The notes beneath the pieces are model-generated. The model was not told the origin of the DNA. It worked only from the letters and a program-made list of their open reading frames with translations, and did no database searches. From positions 278,194,001 to 278,258,000 of the forward strand of contig OZ024741.1 of NCBI GenBank assembly GCA_964016885.1: a DNA stretch of 64,000 bases. The letters run 5' to 3'. Within the stretch, counting starts at the first letter, position 1. Every line of letters starts with the position of its first letter. Source of the stretch: Eledone cirrhosa (Eukaryota). Shown here one piece after another: positions 62,852 through 64,000 of this stretch. The position numbers and the translations under genes are program-made.

Positions 62852-63061
62852 CTTCCTGTAATAACAAACTTACATAACCCTGCTATGAGAGGTCGACACT
62901 GGGATCAAATGCAGAAAATCCTTGGCTTCCCTATTACACCAGAGGAACCATTAAGTTTAGGAAAACTCATTGACTGGGACTCTTTTCAATATTTAACGGA
63001 AATTCAAGACATATCTAGTCAAGCAAGTTCAGAAAACAGTCTTGAAATCATTCTAAAGAAA
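62852..63061 (+). CDS. DNAH6: DNAH6-like exon (LPVITNLHNPAMRGRHW...EIQDISSQASSENSLEIILKK)
   Basis: cttcag acceptor and gtaagt donor; 210 nt; hallmark dynein DHC_N2 motifs LxNPxxxxRHW and IS..AS.E..LE. Confidence 0.93.
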
Positions 63062-63649
63062 GTAAGTGCTATTTTTTAACAACAGAATTTCTGCTCACTG
63101 TTTATTCAAAGAAAGGAAAATTCAGTTAATTCATGTGTTTTACTTTTCCATCTCTTTAATCTCAACAATTTTGTTTTTCTTTCTACACCATTTTGTTTCT
63201 TCATTAACACATTCTAGTTTAACTGACAATCTTTCTTTGCTTTCTCAGTTGCTTCATCCTTTTTATTTTGAGTAGGGTTTGTGTCATTAGCTTAATCAAA
63301 TGTTTAAAAGCTATTTTCTCTGCTAAAGCAAGGGTTTGCCAAGCAAACCCTATGAGAGGCTTCATGGTCACCATGGGGTCCTTTTTGAGGTAATATTTTA
63401 CTATTAGATAGATGTCCTTCCTAGTGCCAACCCTTTAGCCACTTCTTACAGTATGCAGGGCAACTGCTGGTCTTCCACAAAGAACCTTGCCCATACTTTG
63501 GGCACACACACACGTCACTACCACTACCAGACACACACACACATTCAAGTTCAAGTGGTGCTTTTTGTCGTGTCACCAACATGACCATTTTACCAAGTGG
63601 ACCTGGTGCTTTTTGATGTGCCCTCAACATGACCACCTTATGTGGGTAT

Positions 63650-64000
63650 GGTGTGGCGTGCGGTGGCCGGGGGCGGGGGGGGGGAGTGCTCGACCGGAAG
63701 GGATCTTTGACCGGAAGGATGCTCGACCGGAAGGGCCAGGAGAGGACCTCTCTCTAGTGGTGACCAGCATACGGTGAGGACGCGTTTTGGGCAGCTCCCG
63801 GTTTTAAGCAGTCGGACGCACGTGGAAGAGGAGTACCTGCAGCGGAATTTAGCGGCGCCTGTGAAAAGCGGTAAGTGAGATAGCTTTTTCTAACCACAAG
63901 CTATTTCGGCGACTGAAAAAAAGAAAACACTTGCCGCAAAACAAATCAGAAGATGGCGACAAGACTACGGATGAACGAAGCTATCAGGCCATTCACCGGG
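63650..64000 (+). mobile_element. 5' end of a GC-rich retroelement running off the window (putative gag/ORF1 start MATRLRMNEAIRPFTG at 63953)
   Basis: GACCGGAAGG repeated three times; TGGTGACC PBS-like motif at ~63758; abrupt GC shift. Confidence 0.4.

Overview
Eukaryotic, AT-rich, repeat-dense window. The SINE/LINE repertoire suggests a coleoid cephalopod such as Octopus (inference). The only host gene is an axonemal dynein heavy chain of DNAH6 type on the + strand. Ten GT-AG exons between 3777 and 63061 splice in frame into about 461 codons of the tail and the start of the DHC_N2 region; the ORF track misses most of them. Nearly everything else is intronic mobile DNA, including a 31.3-kb intron (28448-59708). 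That DNA comprises >20 RTE-clade LINE copies from at least three families (one with an intact 1022-aa ORF), tRNA-derived SINEs, three Penelope-like elements plus solo/inverted pLTRs with hammerhead-ribozyme motifs, Tx1-, CR1/L2- and CRE-type LINE relics, a tandem non-autonomous Helitron, a DD37D mariner relic, piggyBac- and Tigger-type MITEs, a deleted LTR element and long (TA)n microsatellites. Most notable: (i) a tandemly repeated hairpin/pseudoknot RNA module with compensatory changes, found in an RTE 5'UTR, other RTE 3'UTRs and a SINE body; (ii) a PHD-like C4HC3 finger inserted after the RT core of these RTEs; (iii) apparent (TA)n-targeted nesting; (iv) many hammerhead motifs and long foldbacks inside the dynein pre-mRNA. 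Exon coordinates were read by hand; repeat boundaries are approximate.
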